Assembly (NCBI GenBank): GCA_040880545.1
Contig: JBBDIE010000194.1
Coordinates: 236 to 60,063 of the forward strand
DNA from: Bacteroidales bacterium
Lineage (GTDB): Bacteria > Bacteroidota > Bacteroidia > Bacteroidales > GCA-2748055
Reading direction: 5' to 3'
Length of the DNA: 59,828 nucleotides
Shown one piece after another: positions 1-9,118 of this stretch. A program made the translations under genes and the position numbers. The notes under the pieces are model-generated. The model was not told where the DNA came from. It made no database searches and saw nothing but the letters and a program-made list of their open reading frames with translations. Positions within the stretch are counted from its first letter, which is position 1, and each line of letters begins with the position of its first letter.

Positions 1-55
1 CTCCCGTTGGTCGAAATGGGTTTTTTCATTTGGAGAGGCTTACAAAAGCGGGGGC
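1..55. repeat. 55-nt direct repeat unit, copy 1 (may be truncated by the window edge)
   Basis: The sequence ctcccgttggtcgaaatgggttttttcatttggagaggcttacaaaagcgggggc is identical at 1..55 and 114..168 (113-bp period). Confidence 0.9.
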
Positions 56-113
56 AGGATTACTGCGTGATCCTGGGAAGGGGGGCAGTTCGAAAGAATC
101 AAAACCTACATTT

Positions 114-168
114 CTCCCGTTGGTCGAAATGGGTTTTTTCATTTGGAGAGGCTTACAAAAGCGGGGGC
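114..168. repeat. 55-nt direct repeat unit, copy 2
   Basis: Identical to 1..55. The flanks diverge after position 55/168. Confidence 0.9.
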
Positions 169-196
169 TTTTGACGCATCTCCAAATGAAAAAACC
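132..196. repeat. 18-bp perfect inverted repeat (long hairpin) just 3' of tRNA-Pro
   Basis: ggttttttcatttggaga (132..149) pairs with tctccaaatgaaaaaacc (179..196). The 29-nt spacer contains the small hairpin aaaagc-gggg-gctttt (157..172). A third, unpaired copy of the 18-mer lies at 19..36. Confidence 0.85.
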
Positions 197-231
197 GCCC
201 AAGCTTTGCTTGTGCGGTTTTCATTCTTTCG

Positions 232-306
232 TCGGGGTAGCAGGATTCGAACCTGCGACCCCCTGCTCCCAAAGCAGGTGCGCTAGCCGGGCTGCGCTAT
301 ACCCCG
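232..306 (-). tRNA. tRNA-Pro (anticodon TGG)
   Basis: Cloverleaf read by eye on the minus strand. Acceptor CGGGGTA/TACCCCG; D stem GCGC/GCGC; anticodon stem CCTGC/GCAGG with loop TTTGGGA; T stem GCAGG/CCTGC with loop TTCGAAT. CCA is not encoded. Confidence 0.9.
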
Positions 307-555
307 ATAAATTTGACATAAGAGGCAAGGCATGTCTGCCTTTGCATTTTCGCGTTGCAAATGTAGAAAAATTTCCCGATTACCACACATGAACCCTGAA
401 AACAATTCGCTATCGTTAAGCCATTGCATGTTTTGCCTCTTTGTATAATTAGCCTCTTCCCGATTTTTCCTCACCTAATCCGAACCAAAGCCAAAATTTT
501 TCGTTAAACTTATGTTTTTTAACACACAACTTACACGAACTAAAAGCTGATTTCT

Positions 556-2466
556 ATGAGCAACTACCACATCAAACATCTTGAAGAGTACTTCCAGGTA
601 TACAGAAAATCAATCACCGAACCTGAAAACTTCTGGGAAGAGATTGCCGAGGAACACTTCCTATGGCACAAACGGTGGAACAAGGTGCTGGAGTGGGATT
701 TTAAAAAGCCGGAGGTAAAATGGTTCCAGGGGGCACAGCTCAATGTGGCGGAGAACTGCCTCGACCGGCACCTGCGTACCAAAGGCGACAAGAACGCCAT
801 AATATTCGAACCCAACGATCCTTCCCAGGAGACCGAATACATTACCTATTACCAGTTGCACGACAGGGTCTGTAAGTTTGCAAACGTCCTCAAAGATGAG
901 GGAATTCAAAAGGGCGACAGGGTATGTATCTACATGCCAATGATCCCCGATCTTGCAGTGGCACTGCTGGCATGTGCCCGTATAGGCGCCATCCATTCGG
1001 TTGTCTTTGCCGGATTTTCCGCAACCGCCCTGGCCACAAGAATCAACGACAGTGATTGTAAGATGGTCATCACTTCCGATGGGTCCTACAGGGGGGACAA
1101 AACAATTGACCTGAAAGGGATCGTGGATGAAGCCCTGGAGAAGACATCCTGCGTTGAAACGGTACTCGTGGCAAAACGTATCAACTCGGAAATTAACATG
1201 AAAGAGGGCCGCGACAAATGGCTGCAGCCGCTGCTGGACAAATCACACCAACATTGCAGCCTCGAAATCGTGAACGCCGAGGATCCTCTGTTCATTCTTT
1301 ACACATCGGGCTCCACGGGTATGCCAAAAGGAATGGTACATACCAACGCCGGATATATGGTGTACACCGCTTTCACATTTAAGAATATCTTCCAGTACAA
1401 CGAGGACGATGTCTATTGGTGTACCGCCGATATCGGGTGGATCACCGGCCACAGCTACATCGTATACGGACCCCTGGCCAACGGTGCCACTACCCTGATG
1501 TATGAAGGGGTTCCCAACCACCCCCACTTCGGCCGCTTCTGGGAAATCGTGGAAAAACACAAAGTTAACCAGCTCTATACTGCACCAACCGTAATCCGTG
1601 CCCTGGCAAAACAGGACCTGGAACATGTGGAGAAATATGACCTGTCTTCCCTCAAAGTGTTGGGTACCGTAGGAGAACCTATCAACGAAGATGCATGGCA
1701 CTGGTACAACGACAACATCGGTAAAAAGAAAAGCCCCATCGTCGATACCTGGTGGCAAACCGAAACCGGGGGAATCATGATCTCTCCCATTCCCTTTACA
1801 ACCCCCACAAAACCTACCTATGCAACGCTTCCTCTGCCAGGGGTGCAGCCGGTTCTGCTGGATGATGAAAAAAATGAAATTACAGGCAACCAGGTCAACG
1901 GAAACCTGTGCATTAAATTTCCGTGGCCTGCCATCGCAAGGACCATCTGGGGGAATCATGATCGCTTCCGGGATACCTACTTCTCACAGTTCGAAGACCA
2001 CTATTTCACAGGCGATGGCGCTTTCCGCGATGAGGTGGGGTATTACAGGATCACCGGACGCGTTGATGACGTGATTATCGTCTCGGGCCACAACCTCGGG
2101 ACGGCGCCCATCGAAGATGCCATTAATGAACATCCCGCGGTGGTGGAATCGGCCATTGTTGGTTACCCCCATGAAATAAAGGGTTTTGCTCTCTATGGAT
2201 TTGTAATTCTCAAAGGTACGGGCGAATCGAGGGTACACGATAATGTGCGGAAGGAGATCAATCAGATCATTGCCGAACATATCGGTCCCATCGCAAAACT
2301 GGACAAGATTCAGTTTACCAAAGGGCTTCCGAAAACTCGTTCAGGAAAGATCATGCGGCGCATTCTTCGTAAAGTTGCCGAAAATGATGTGTCCGACCTG
2401 GGCGATACATCCACCCTGCTCAACCCCGAAGTGGTGGAGGATATTATCGAAAATGCGATCCACTAA
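556..2466 (+). CDS. acs: acetyl-CoA synthetase (acetate--CoA ligase)
   Basis: 636-aa ORF with the AMP-binding motif YTSGSTGMPKG, the WWQTETGG segment and a C-terminal PKTRSGKIMRR. Length and layout are typical of Acs. Confidence 0.95.
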   Translation: MSNYHIKHLEEYFQVYRKSITEPENFWEEIAEEHFLWHKRWNKVLEWDFKKPEVKWFQGAQLNVAENCLDRHLRTKGDKNAIIFEPNDPSQETEYITYYQLHDRVCKFANVLKDEGIQKGDRVCIYMPMIPDLAVALLACARIGAIHSVVFAGFSATALATRINDSDCKMVITSDGSYRGDKTIDLKGIVDEALEKTSCVETVLVAKRINSEINMKEGRDKWLQPLLDKSHQHCSLEIVNAEDPLFILYTSGSTGMPKGMVHTNAGYMVYTAFTFKNIFQYNEDDVYWCTADIGWITGHSYIVYGPLANGATTLMYEGVPNHPHFGRFWEIVEKHKVNQLYTAPTVIRALAKQDLEHVEKYDLSSLKVLGTVGEPINEDAWHWYNDNIGKKKSPIVDTWWQTETGGIMISPIPFTTPTKPTYATLPLPGVQPVLLDDEKNEITGNQVNGNLCIKFPWPAIARTIWGNHDRFRDTYFSQFEDHYFTGDGAFRDEVGYYRITGRVDDVIIVSGHNLGTAPIEDAINEHPAVVESAIVGYPHEIKGFALYGFVILKGTGESRVHDNVRKEINQIIAEHIGPIAKLDKIQFTKGLPKTRSGKIMRRILRKVAENDVSDLGDTSTLLNPEVVEDIIENAIH

Positions 2467-5222
2467 TCACCCGTGTAGGGTACACCGCTACTGATCCATT
2501 CCGGTGCAGGCGTTCCCTTCAGGTAATGGTCCATGTACTCCTTGAATTTTATGCTGTAATCCAGCTTATTGGCATATTTTTTAAGATGGTGCGGCTCACC
2601 CCTGTACTGCAGAAATACACATTCCTTTTCCAGCCTCCGCATGGCCAGGTACAGTTCTATTCCCTGGTACCAGGGTACAGCCTCGTCTTCATCCCCGAAT
2701 GCAATAAGTAACGGGGTGTTGATCCTGTCGGCATAAAATAAGGGTGAATTTTCAATGTACTTGTCGCGCATTTCCCACAAACTACCGCCTATCCTGCTCT
2801 GCGATTTTTCATACTGAAACTGGCGTGCCAACCCCGTCCCCCAACGGATGCCTCCATAAGCAGAGGTCATATTCGATACCGGAGCCCCTGCAATGGCACA
2901 GGCAAACATATCCGTCTGCGTGATCACAAAAGCGGTCTGATAACCGCTCCAGGAATGTCCGTGCAACGCTATGGCATCCGGATCGGCCACACCCAACTCT
3001 ATGAGCTTCTGTACACCCGGTACAAGGCACTTGGTTGCCGAATAGCCGGGACTGCCTATATCAAAACGAATATCCGGTAGGAATATAGCGTAATCATTAC
3101 TGGTATAAAAAGGATAACAGGGCCTGTGATTTATGGCCATATTCGGAAATTCATACATCTGGTCCGTGAAAAATCGGTAATAATAAACCAAAACCGGGTA
3201 CTGCTTGCCCTCTTCATAATTCCCCGGCTTGATCAGAACCCCCTGTATCCTTCTTCCATCCAAAGATAACCAGTCGATCAGTTCCGGTTCTCCCCAGGCA
3301 AAATTGCTCACCTGTGGATTCAGATTCGTTATTTTAGCGGGCTTCCTGAATTGCATACCAGTTACCCACAAATCAGGAAATTCACCATAGGATTCCCTTG
3401 AAAACAGTACCTTATCCGCATCTTTTGCCCTGGCTCTTACTGTGTATTTCATTGGCTCCTCAACCAGTCGCTTTACACCAGAAATGCCAGCTTTCATGCC
3501 ATAAACACCGGTATGTTTCTTTTCATCGTGGTAGGCCGAAAGCAAAAGATCTTCGCCCTTATCCAGAAAATCTATCTCCCTGTCGAGATTTCTAACCCGG
3601 AATATAATTTCTGAGCCTCTCCCCGCTCCCTCTGTCACACAAACCGGTTCCCCACCAGAAGTATAAAACAGCCAAATATCATACTTATCATAGATCATTA
3701 CAGCTTCAGATCCGCCGATCCAGCCCGCGGTTCCATAGCCCGGCACCGATGCCGGGTAATCCCAATCTTCATTACTGAATGAAACATGCAGATCTGCTGT
3801 AAGATTAACTGCCTCACTATTGCGGGTATTCATCAGGTACCAGTCGCCTTCCTTGTAATATACCAGGAACTTACCGTCGGGAGAAAGCTGAATGGTATGC
3901 TGCTGTTCGCGGAGGATCAACCGCTTATCTCCCGTAACGGCATCCACAAGGTAATAATCGTTGTATCGCCCGTCCCAGGTTACTTTTTTCGAATATGGCA
4001 GATCCGAATACCCAACCAGGTATCTCTCCGTTTCCGCCACCTGGATTCCCGGCATCAACGAATCGGCCAACGCAACAAATCTTTGATCTTCCGGGTAGTA
4101 TACACCGGTATAGGTCCGGTCCTTCTCGTTTTTCCATCGTTTCTTCTGGTTGGAATTGATATACGGATCATCCCAATGCCATACATCCACTTCCCGTTTG
4201 GTAAGTATTTTTTCCGTATCAAAAAGATCAATCACCGTATCCAGTTTCTCTTCATCCTTTACTGAAATCTCCCGTGATGGCTTTATCCCAAGAAATAACC
4301 GTTTACCGTCTTTGGACCACTGTAATTTATTGGTATGGTACACCTTCCACCCCTCCGAAAGATCACTGTCTGCCAGAACCTGTACAGCAGTTTTATCACC
4401 CGGGATCCATGTGTATAACTGCGCTTCAACCTTCTTCTCCTTCTCCCCGTAACTCCCTGCCAGAAAAGCCAGCGTACCCTGTTTATTGTTCCAGGAAATA
4501 CAATCTGCCCAAATATTACTGTCGGCATAAACCGGGAAAAGTTCACCCGGAGAATCTGTAAGGTCAGAAATATATAGTCCATTGCTTTCACCCGTTGAAT
4601 CCTTGACGAATAGCGCCAGATGACCGGAAATACTATCCATGGAATAACTCACCACAAAGGGATATTCGTAAATCTTACCCGAGGAAAGCGACATAATTTG
4701 CAGGTCGGTACCAAACGTCCTATTCTTTTTATCTCCCTTGCCGTTCTTGTCATCTGCTTCATCCTCTCCACTATGATATAATAACCATTCACTGCTGTTG
4801 GAAAAGGAGAAGGACTTTATACGTTCAACTGTTTTCTGCTCCCCGGAAGCCAGGTTCAGCAGTGCCATCCCGCTTCCTGGCCCTTTTTTTTCATCCTTTT
4901 TCTTTTTTTCAAGCTCCTCCGCCGGTTCAACTTTTACAGCCGCCACCCATTTACTGTCTGATGATATCGAAGGTTTATCTGCTGTGGGAATAGAATGTTC
5001 AATCTTCCCATCGGTAGAATGAACTTTCACTTCAGGATCACCCCTGTCTGGAACCGCCGCATATACAACCCAGTTACCGTCGTCGGATATGGCTGCAGCA
5101 CTGATACTTCTGAATTTCATGATGTCTGTAAACGAAAGAGACAACTTCTCCTGGGAACGTATAGAAGCTGTCAACAGGAATAATGACAGGGTTACCAACA
5201 ACAATTCCTTCAAATTTTTCAT
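2463..5222 (-). CDS. S9-family serine peptidase (prolyl oligopeptidase/dipeptidyl peptidase type) with an N-terminal beta-propeller region
   Basis: 919 aa with a signal peptide, WD40-like/TolB-like repeats, and a C-terminal alpha/beta hydrolase with GHSWSGY (GxSxG) and a conserved Asp/His region. Confidence 0.85.
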   Translation of the reverse strand: MKNLKELLLVTLSLFLLTASIRSQEKLSLSFTDIMKFRSISAAAISDDGNWVVYAAVPDRGDPEVKVHSTDGKIEHSIPTADKPSISSDSKWVAAVKVEPAEELEKKKKDEKKGPGSGMALLNLASGEQKTVERIKSFSFSNSSEWLLYHSGEDEADDKNGKGDKKNRTFGTDLQIMSLSSGKIYEYPFVVSYSMDSISGHLALFVKDSTGESNGLYISDLTDSPGELFPVYADSNIWADCISWNNKQGTLAFLAGSYGEKEKKVEAQLYTWIPGDKTAVQVLADSDLSEGWKVYHTNKLQWSKDGKRLFLGIKPSREISVKDEEKLDTVIDLFDTEKILTKREVDVWHWDDPYINSNQKKRWKNEKDRTYTGVYYPEDQRFVALADSLMPGIQVAETERYLVGYSDLPYSKKVTWDGRYNDYYLVDAVTGDKRLILREQQHTIQLSPDGKFLVYYKEGDWYLMNTRNSEAVNLTADLHVSFSNEDWDYPASVPGYGTAGWIGGSEAVMIYDKYDIWLFYTSGGEPVCVTEGAGRGSEIIFRVRNLDREIDFLDKGEDLLLSAYHDEKKHTGVYGMKAGISGVKRLVEEPMKYTVRARAKDADKVLFSRESYGEFPDLWVTGMQFRKPAKITNLNPQVSNFAWGEPELIDWLSLDGRRIQGVLIKPGNYEEGKQYPVLVYYYRFFTDQMYEFPNMAINHRPCYPFYTSNDYAIFLPDIRFDIGSPGYSATKCLVPGVQKLIELGVADPDAIALHGHSWSGYQTAFVITQTDMFACAIAGAPVSNMTSAYGGIRWGTGLARQFQYEKSQSRIGGSLWEMRDKYIENSPLFYADRINTPLLIAFGDEDEAVPWYQGIELYLAMRRLEKECVFLQYRGEPHHLKKYANKLDYSIKFKEYMDHYLKGTPAPEWISSGVPYTGD

Positions 5223-5424
5223 GGTGATCAGGGTTAATTACCATGCAATTTAATAAACTCGGCGAAAATAATCGGGCATTGAATGGCCCCGGGATGCACA
5301 ATTAACATTCCATGCCTGGTTTTAACATAAATGGAGTTAAACACAACGCTCACTACTGTAAGGGACCAGCAGGAATGAAGGGGTTAATCAATGTTTAATG
5401 TGCTGTCGTAAAACAGCTTTTACC

Positions 5425-5432
5425 TATATTTG
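5425..5432 (+). promoter_or_regulatory. Bacteroidota -7 promoter box (TAnnTTTG)
   Basis: TATATTTG lies 22 nt upstream of the ATG at 5454. It sits inside the longer track ORF, which argues for the downstream start. Confidence 0.4.
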
Positions 5433-5453
5433 CATAAATCTAACTGTGGAGGA

Positions 5454-6326
5454 ATGATGCAAAATAAGAAGTTTGTATATATACTAATTGGATTATTGCT
5501 GGTTTTTGCTGAAACAGCGGCCCAGAAAAATGCATACAACCTGTTCAACGATAAAGGCAGGGAAACCAGGTACGAAAGGATGGTTAAAACCTGTATGAAA
5601 GCCGATGTGATCCTGTTTGGAGAGCTGCATAACAATCCCATATCACACTGGATGCAATACGAGCTTACTAAGGACCTGCTTGCAGATGAGCGGATCAACC
5701 TGGTGCTGGGCGCTGAAATGTTCGAAACAGACGGACAATTAATCCTGGATGAATATTTTTCGGGCATCATTACCCGGGAAAAATTTGAGGATGAAATGCG
5801 ATTGTGGAATAATTACGGGACCGATTATAAACCACTGGTTGAAATTGCAAAAGATAGTGGTTTGAAATTTATCGCTACGAATATTCCCCGACGGTATGCC
5901 AATGTGGTGTATAAACTTGGACTGGATACGCTGAACAGCCTTTCCGACCTGGCAAAATCATATATGATGCCGTTACCGCTGATCTACGATACTTCCCTGC
6001 CAGGTTACAGCAACCTTGAAGGTGGTGAGATGATGGACCATGGAAGTCCGAATTTCAGGGACTCCCAGGCCATTAAGGATGCTACAATGGCCTATTTTAT
6101 ACTGAAAAACCTTCAGCGGGGCGAAACATTTCTCCACTTTAATGGCGTATATCACTCCAATAATTATGAAGGCATCGGTTATTTTCTGAAAAAACTCGCC
6201 CCCGATCTCCAGGTGATTACAATCAGTACGGTTTCGCAGAAAGATGTATCAAAACTGGAGGAAGAAAATGAGGAAAAGGCCGATTTTATGATAGCAGTAC
6301 CCGAAAGCATGACAAAAACAAACTAG
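5454..6326 (+). CDS. ChaN-family (haem-binding uptake, Tiki-like) lipoprotein/secreted protein
   Basis: ILFGELHNNPISHW and the following layout resemble the ChaN/DUF399 family. A signal peptide follows MMQNKKFVYILIG. The start was moved from 5430 because of the promoter box. Confidence 0.65.
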   Translation: MMQNKKFVYILIGLLLVFAETAAQKNAYNLFNDKGRETRYERMVKTCMKADVILFGELHNNPISHWMQYELTKDLLADERINLVLGAEMFETDGQLILDEYFSGIITREKFEDEMRLWNNYGTDYKPLVEIAKDSGLKFIATNIPRRYANVVYKLGLDTLNSLSDLAKSYMMPLPLIYDTSLPGYSNLEGGEMMDHGSPNFRDSQAIKDATMAYFILKNLQRGETFLHFNGVYHSNNYEGIGYFLKKLAPDLQVITISTVSQKDVSKLEEENEEKADFMIAVPESMTKTN

Positions 6327-6423
6327 TACATGGCAGGTTCTCGAATAAGAACGGGACAAGTACTGCTCATGATAGTTTCTTTTCGTGCTCTGCAACCATG
6401 ATAACGGAAATTATGGACAGATA

Positions 6424-7740
6424 CTAATTCACTTTTAGTATAACCCTTCTGTATTGCTTCAAAACAGGACTACCGTTATCAGAGACTATCAGAATAAGAT
6501 GAATTTCTTTACCGGTGGCATCACCGGGAACTTTTACCTCTATTTTATTACCCGAATTCTCGTCAACAGGTATTTCATTTGGATATGGATTATCGCCTGC
6601 AAACTGGTAGTGCCACCAGTTAAAGGAGAGCTCATCACCGTCTGGATCGGTAGCTTTCACTTTTAATTTCACCTTCCCGCCAGGTTTCACTTCCAAAACG
6701 TCCGGAGGAGATCGCTTTATTTCAGGATAATGATTCGCTTTTTCATAACTTTCCACGCACCAATCCATCCTGGCCGCAAAGTCATTTTGAATATCCGGCA
6801 GCCAGATCCATTGCCCATGAAGCCTGTCACCGTCATCGATTGCATCACTGAAGTAATTGTTTCCGTTATTCTTCATGAAACGTCCGCCCCATCCTCCCCA
6901 AGTGGGATTTTGTTCAGCGCTCAGTCCGTTTCCAATGAGATGAAAAAATGAGGGTGAATCCCCCTCACTGAAATAACTCTGTGCATAGGTGGCACCCAGT
7001 GGACCGTGTCCTGTTTTTACATTTTCTGTGGTCCAGTCATTATGAAAAATGTAATGATCAGAATAGGGATGTCCCTCATGCTGGTAATTTAAAGCTGTAA
7101 ACTGATGACACTGGATATAAAATAAATTTGGAAACCGCTCCCTGATCATCCTGGCCGTACTATCCTGATCTGCAATGGCATATATTTTTAATTTACCATG
7201 CGCATAATCCAACTCTTCCTTACTCAGTTCCTTCTCCATGATCGCCAGCGCCTGGGCAATTGTGTTTGTACCTCCCCAGGCCTGCACCCATACCGGACGA
7301 GGGTCGTTATCCAGCAGTACCCGGATTATGTGCCTTGCACCATCCGATTCAAGCGGCCCAGCATAATGAAGAAATTCTTCATCCATATTACCTGCATATA
7401 CTACCTCCTTCAACGCTTCTGGCGTGGGGTATCCGTCCCGGTGAAGCAGGATGTTATCCCGCACCTTTGCCCATTCTTCAATGGCATCCTGCATCCATAC
7501 CGTTCCATGCCCATGCCTTTGCCATTTTGAATTTCCATAGATCAATCCCTCTGTTTGAAATTCATCGGTATACATAAGATACCTGACAAAGGAGGTTTTA
7601 TCATCGATCTCTCCGTCAGTTGTTACTATAACCCTGGGGCTGTCATTATAATGAGCTGAGGTCTGCCCCATACACGATGACTGGAGGATCAGGGTAATTA
7701 GCAGAAGCCCCATAACTCTATTGAAAGTAGCTTTTCTCAT
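6424..7740 (-). CDS. DUF1593-type (nucleoside-hydrolase-like) secreted protein with a C-terminal Ig-like domain
   Basis: The N-terminal motif VIVTTDGEIDDKTSFVRYLMY is typical of DUF1593. A signal peptide follows the internal Met (MRKATFNRVMGLLLITL), so the start is placed at 7740 rather than 7809. Confidence 0.65.
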   Translation of the reverse strand: MRKATFNRVMGLLLITLILQSSCMGQTSAHYNDSPRVIVTTDGEIDDKTSFVRYLMYTDEFQTEGLIYGNSKWQRHGHGTVWMQDAIEEWAKVRDNILLHRDGYPTPEALKEVVYAGNMDEEFLHYAGPLESDGARHIIRVLLDNDPRPVWVQAWGGTNTIAQALAIMEKELSKEELDYAHGKLKIYAIADQDSTARMIRERFPNLFYIQCHQFTALNYQHEGHPYSDHYIFHNDWTTENVKTGHGPLGATYAQSYFSEGDSPSFFHLIGNGLSAEQNPTWGGWGGRFMKNNGNNYFSDAIDDGDRLHGQWIWLPDIQNDFAARMDWCVESYEKANHYPEIKRSPPDVLEVKPGGKVKLKVKATDPDGDELSFNWWHYQFAGDNPYPNEIPVDENSGNKIEVKVPGDATGKEIHLILIVSDNGSPVLKQYRRVILKVN

Positions 7741-7814
7741 AAAAATTGGTGTAGATTTATTGTCCGGTTCAGTAAATATAATCATTTCAGGGGAGTTATA
7801 GACAGCCACTCCTA

Positions 7815-7830
7815 TGTGACTTTCATCACA
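7815..7830. promoter_or_regulatory. Crp/Fnr-family type binding site, perfect palindrome TGTGA-N6-TCACA
   Basis: tgtgactttcatcaca lies in the divergent intergenic region. Its centre is about 42 nt upstream of the transcription start implied by the -7 box at 7852..7859. Confidence 0.5.
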
Positions 7831-7851
7831 GTGTACCTTTATAAAATCACC

Positions 7852-7859
7852 TATTTTTG
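7852..7859 (+). promoter_or_regulatory. Bacteroidota -7 promoter box (TAnnTTTG)
   Basis: TATTTTTG lies 13 nt before the ATG at 7872. A second in-frame ATG is at 7881. Confidence 0.4.
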
Positions 7860-7871
7860 CCCTTCATTTAA

Positions 7872-8543
7872 ATGATAAATATGGCACAGAAAATATATAC
7901 CGACTCAAAAGTTGAACTCTCACCCGTAGTTGCGCGGCATTATGATAAGATCATGAATGCTATCTCGTTAGGTAAGTATAACCACTTTATCAAAAGAGCT
8001 GTGCAGAATATGGACATTCAAAGCGGTGACCAGATTCTTGACCTGGGTTGCGGAACAGGAAAAAATGGTGCGCTGATGGCTCAGTATATAGGTGCGGAAG
8101 GAAAAATTACAGGAGTTGACCTCTCCCCCGAAATGGAAAAGCAGTTTCTTCAAAAACACGGAACCGATGAACGGTTTGATTTCAGAAGAGAACGGGTGGA
8201 TATCCCATTTGACCTGGAAAAACGTTACGACAAAGTGCTCATCAGCTTTGTAATACATGGGTTTCCCCATGAGGTTAGGGAGTCGTTGCTGAAAAATGCA
8301 TACAACCACCTGAAACCTGGCGGGGAACTGATGATCCTCGATTATGCAGAGTTTAACATGGTTGAAATGCCACAGTTTCATCGCTTTGTATTCACTACGG
8401 TGGAATGTAAATATGCATTCGATTTTATTGCACGCGAATGGAAATCCATCCTGGCGCAATTTGGATTTACTGAAATCAGTGAACAATTTTACTTCAGAAA
8501 TTATGCAAGGTTGTTAAAAGGGAAAAAGGGAAACAAAAAATAA
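7872..8543 (+). CDS. class I SAM-dependent methyltransferase
   Basis: Motif I is ILDLGCGTGKN. Size and layout fit a small-molecule methyltransferase. The start may be at 7881. Confidence 0.8.
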   Translation: MINMAQKIYTDSKVELSPVVARHYDKIMNAISLGKYNHFIKRAVQNMDIQSGDQILDLGCGTGKNGALMAQYIGAEGKITGVDLSPEMEKQFLQKHGTDERFDFRRERVDIPFDLEKRYDKVLISFVIHGFPHEVRESLLKNAYNHLKPGGELMILDYAEFNMVEMPQFHRFVFTTVECKYAFDFIAREWKSILAQFGFTEISEQFYFRNYARLLKGKKGNKK

Positions 8544-8564
8544 TATAAGTCGCAGGCTTTGTCA

Positions 8565-8580
8565 TGTGACTTTAATCAAA
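8565..8580. promoter_or_regulatory. Half-conserved copy of the Crp/Fnr-like site (TGTGA-N6-TCAAA)
   Basis: tgtgactttaatcaaa lies 30 nt upstream of the thioredoxin-like gene. It shares ATGTGACTTT.ATCA.A with the site at 7815. Confidence 0.35.
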
Positions 8581-8609
8581 CAGTATAAAATAAATAAAAC
8601 AGTTAAATC

Positions 8610-8960
8610 ATGAAATTATTACAAACACCGGTCGCTGAGATCGAAACAGCAGCAGAGCTGGAAAAAATTGTGAGTGAAAACGAAAATGTTATGGTATGTT
8701 GCGGACGCATGGGTCCCATGTGTATTCCTGTCTACGACGTTATGGAAGAGCTGGAGGAGGAACGCCCCAATGTGAAGTTCTATAGTATGGCCTTCGATTC
8801 ACCTGAAGCAGGTATCATAAGAAATGCCCCTGCATGCAACGGGTTTATGGGACTGCCATTCACCGTATATTACAAGAATGGCGAGATGGTACACGCCACT
8901 TCCAGCATTCAGAACAGGCAGCAGGTGGTAGCTGTTCTTGACGAAAAATTAGGAGCTTAA
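8610..8960 (+). CDS. thioredoxin-fold protein with a non-canonical active-site region
   Basis: 116 aa with thioredoxin-like length and layout. CCGRMGPMC stands where WCGPC is expected. Confidence 0.7.
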   Translation: MKLLQTPVAEIETAAELEKIVSENENVMVCCGRMGPMCIPVYDVMEELEEERPNVKFYSMAFDSPEAGIIRNAPACNGFMGLPFTVYYKNGEMVHATSSIQNRQQVVAVLDEKLGA

Positions 8961-9118
8961 AATTACCGTCATTGCGAAAGGGAGGGGACCAATGGTCAGA
9001 AGAAATGAATAAGAAGGTGACTGGTTTTACTCCTTTGATTTAGCAATGACTTTATAAAATTTGGGACAGGGTGCATCTACCGGTGCACCTGCCCTCCAAA
9101 ACCAAAGAAGATACAATT

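Noticed and set aside
1-168. CRISPR array suggested by identical repeats with regular spacing.
   Set aside because: There are only two copies of a 55-nt unit, longer than CRISPR repeats, and no cas genes. One sub-segment recurs inverted to form a hairpin next to a tRNA.
30-392. 120-aa plus-strand ORF at the window start.
   Set aside because: It runs across the repeat module and antisense through tRNA-Pro, and its sequence composition is not protein-like.
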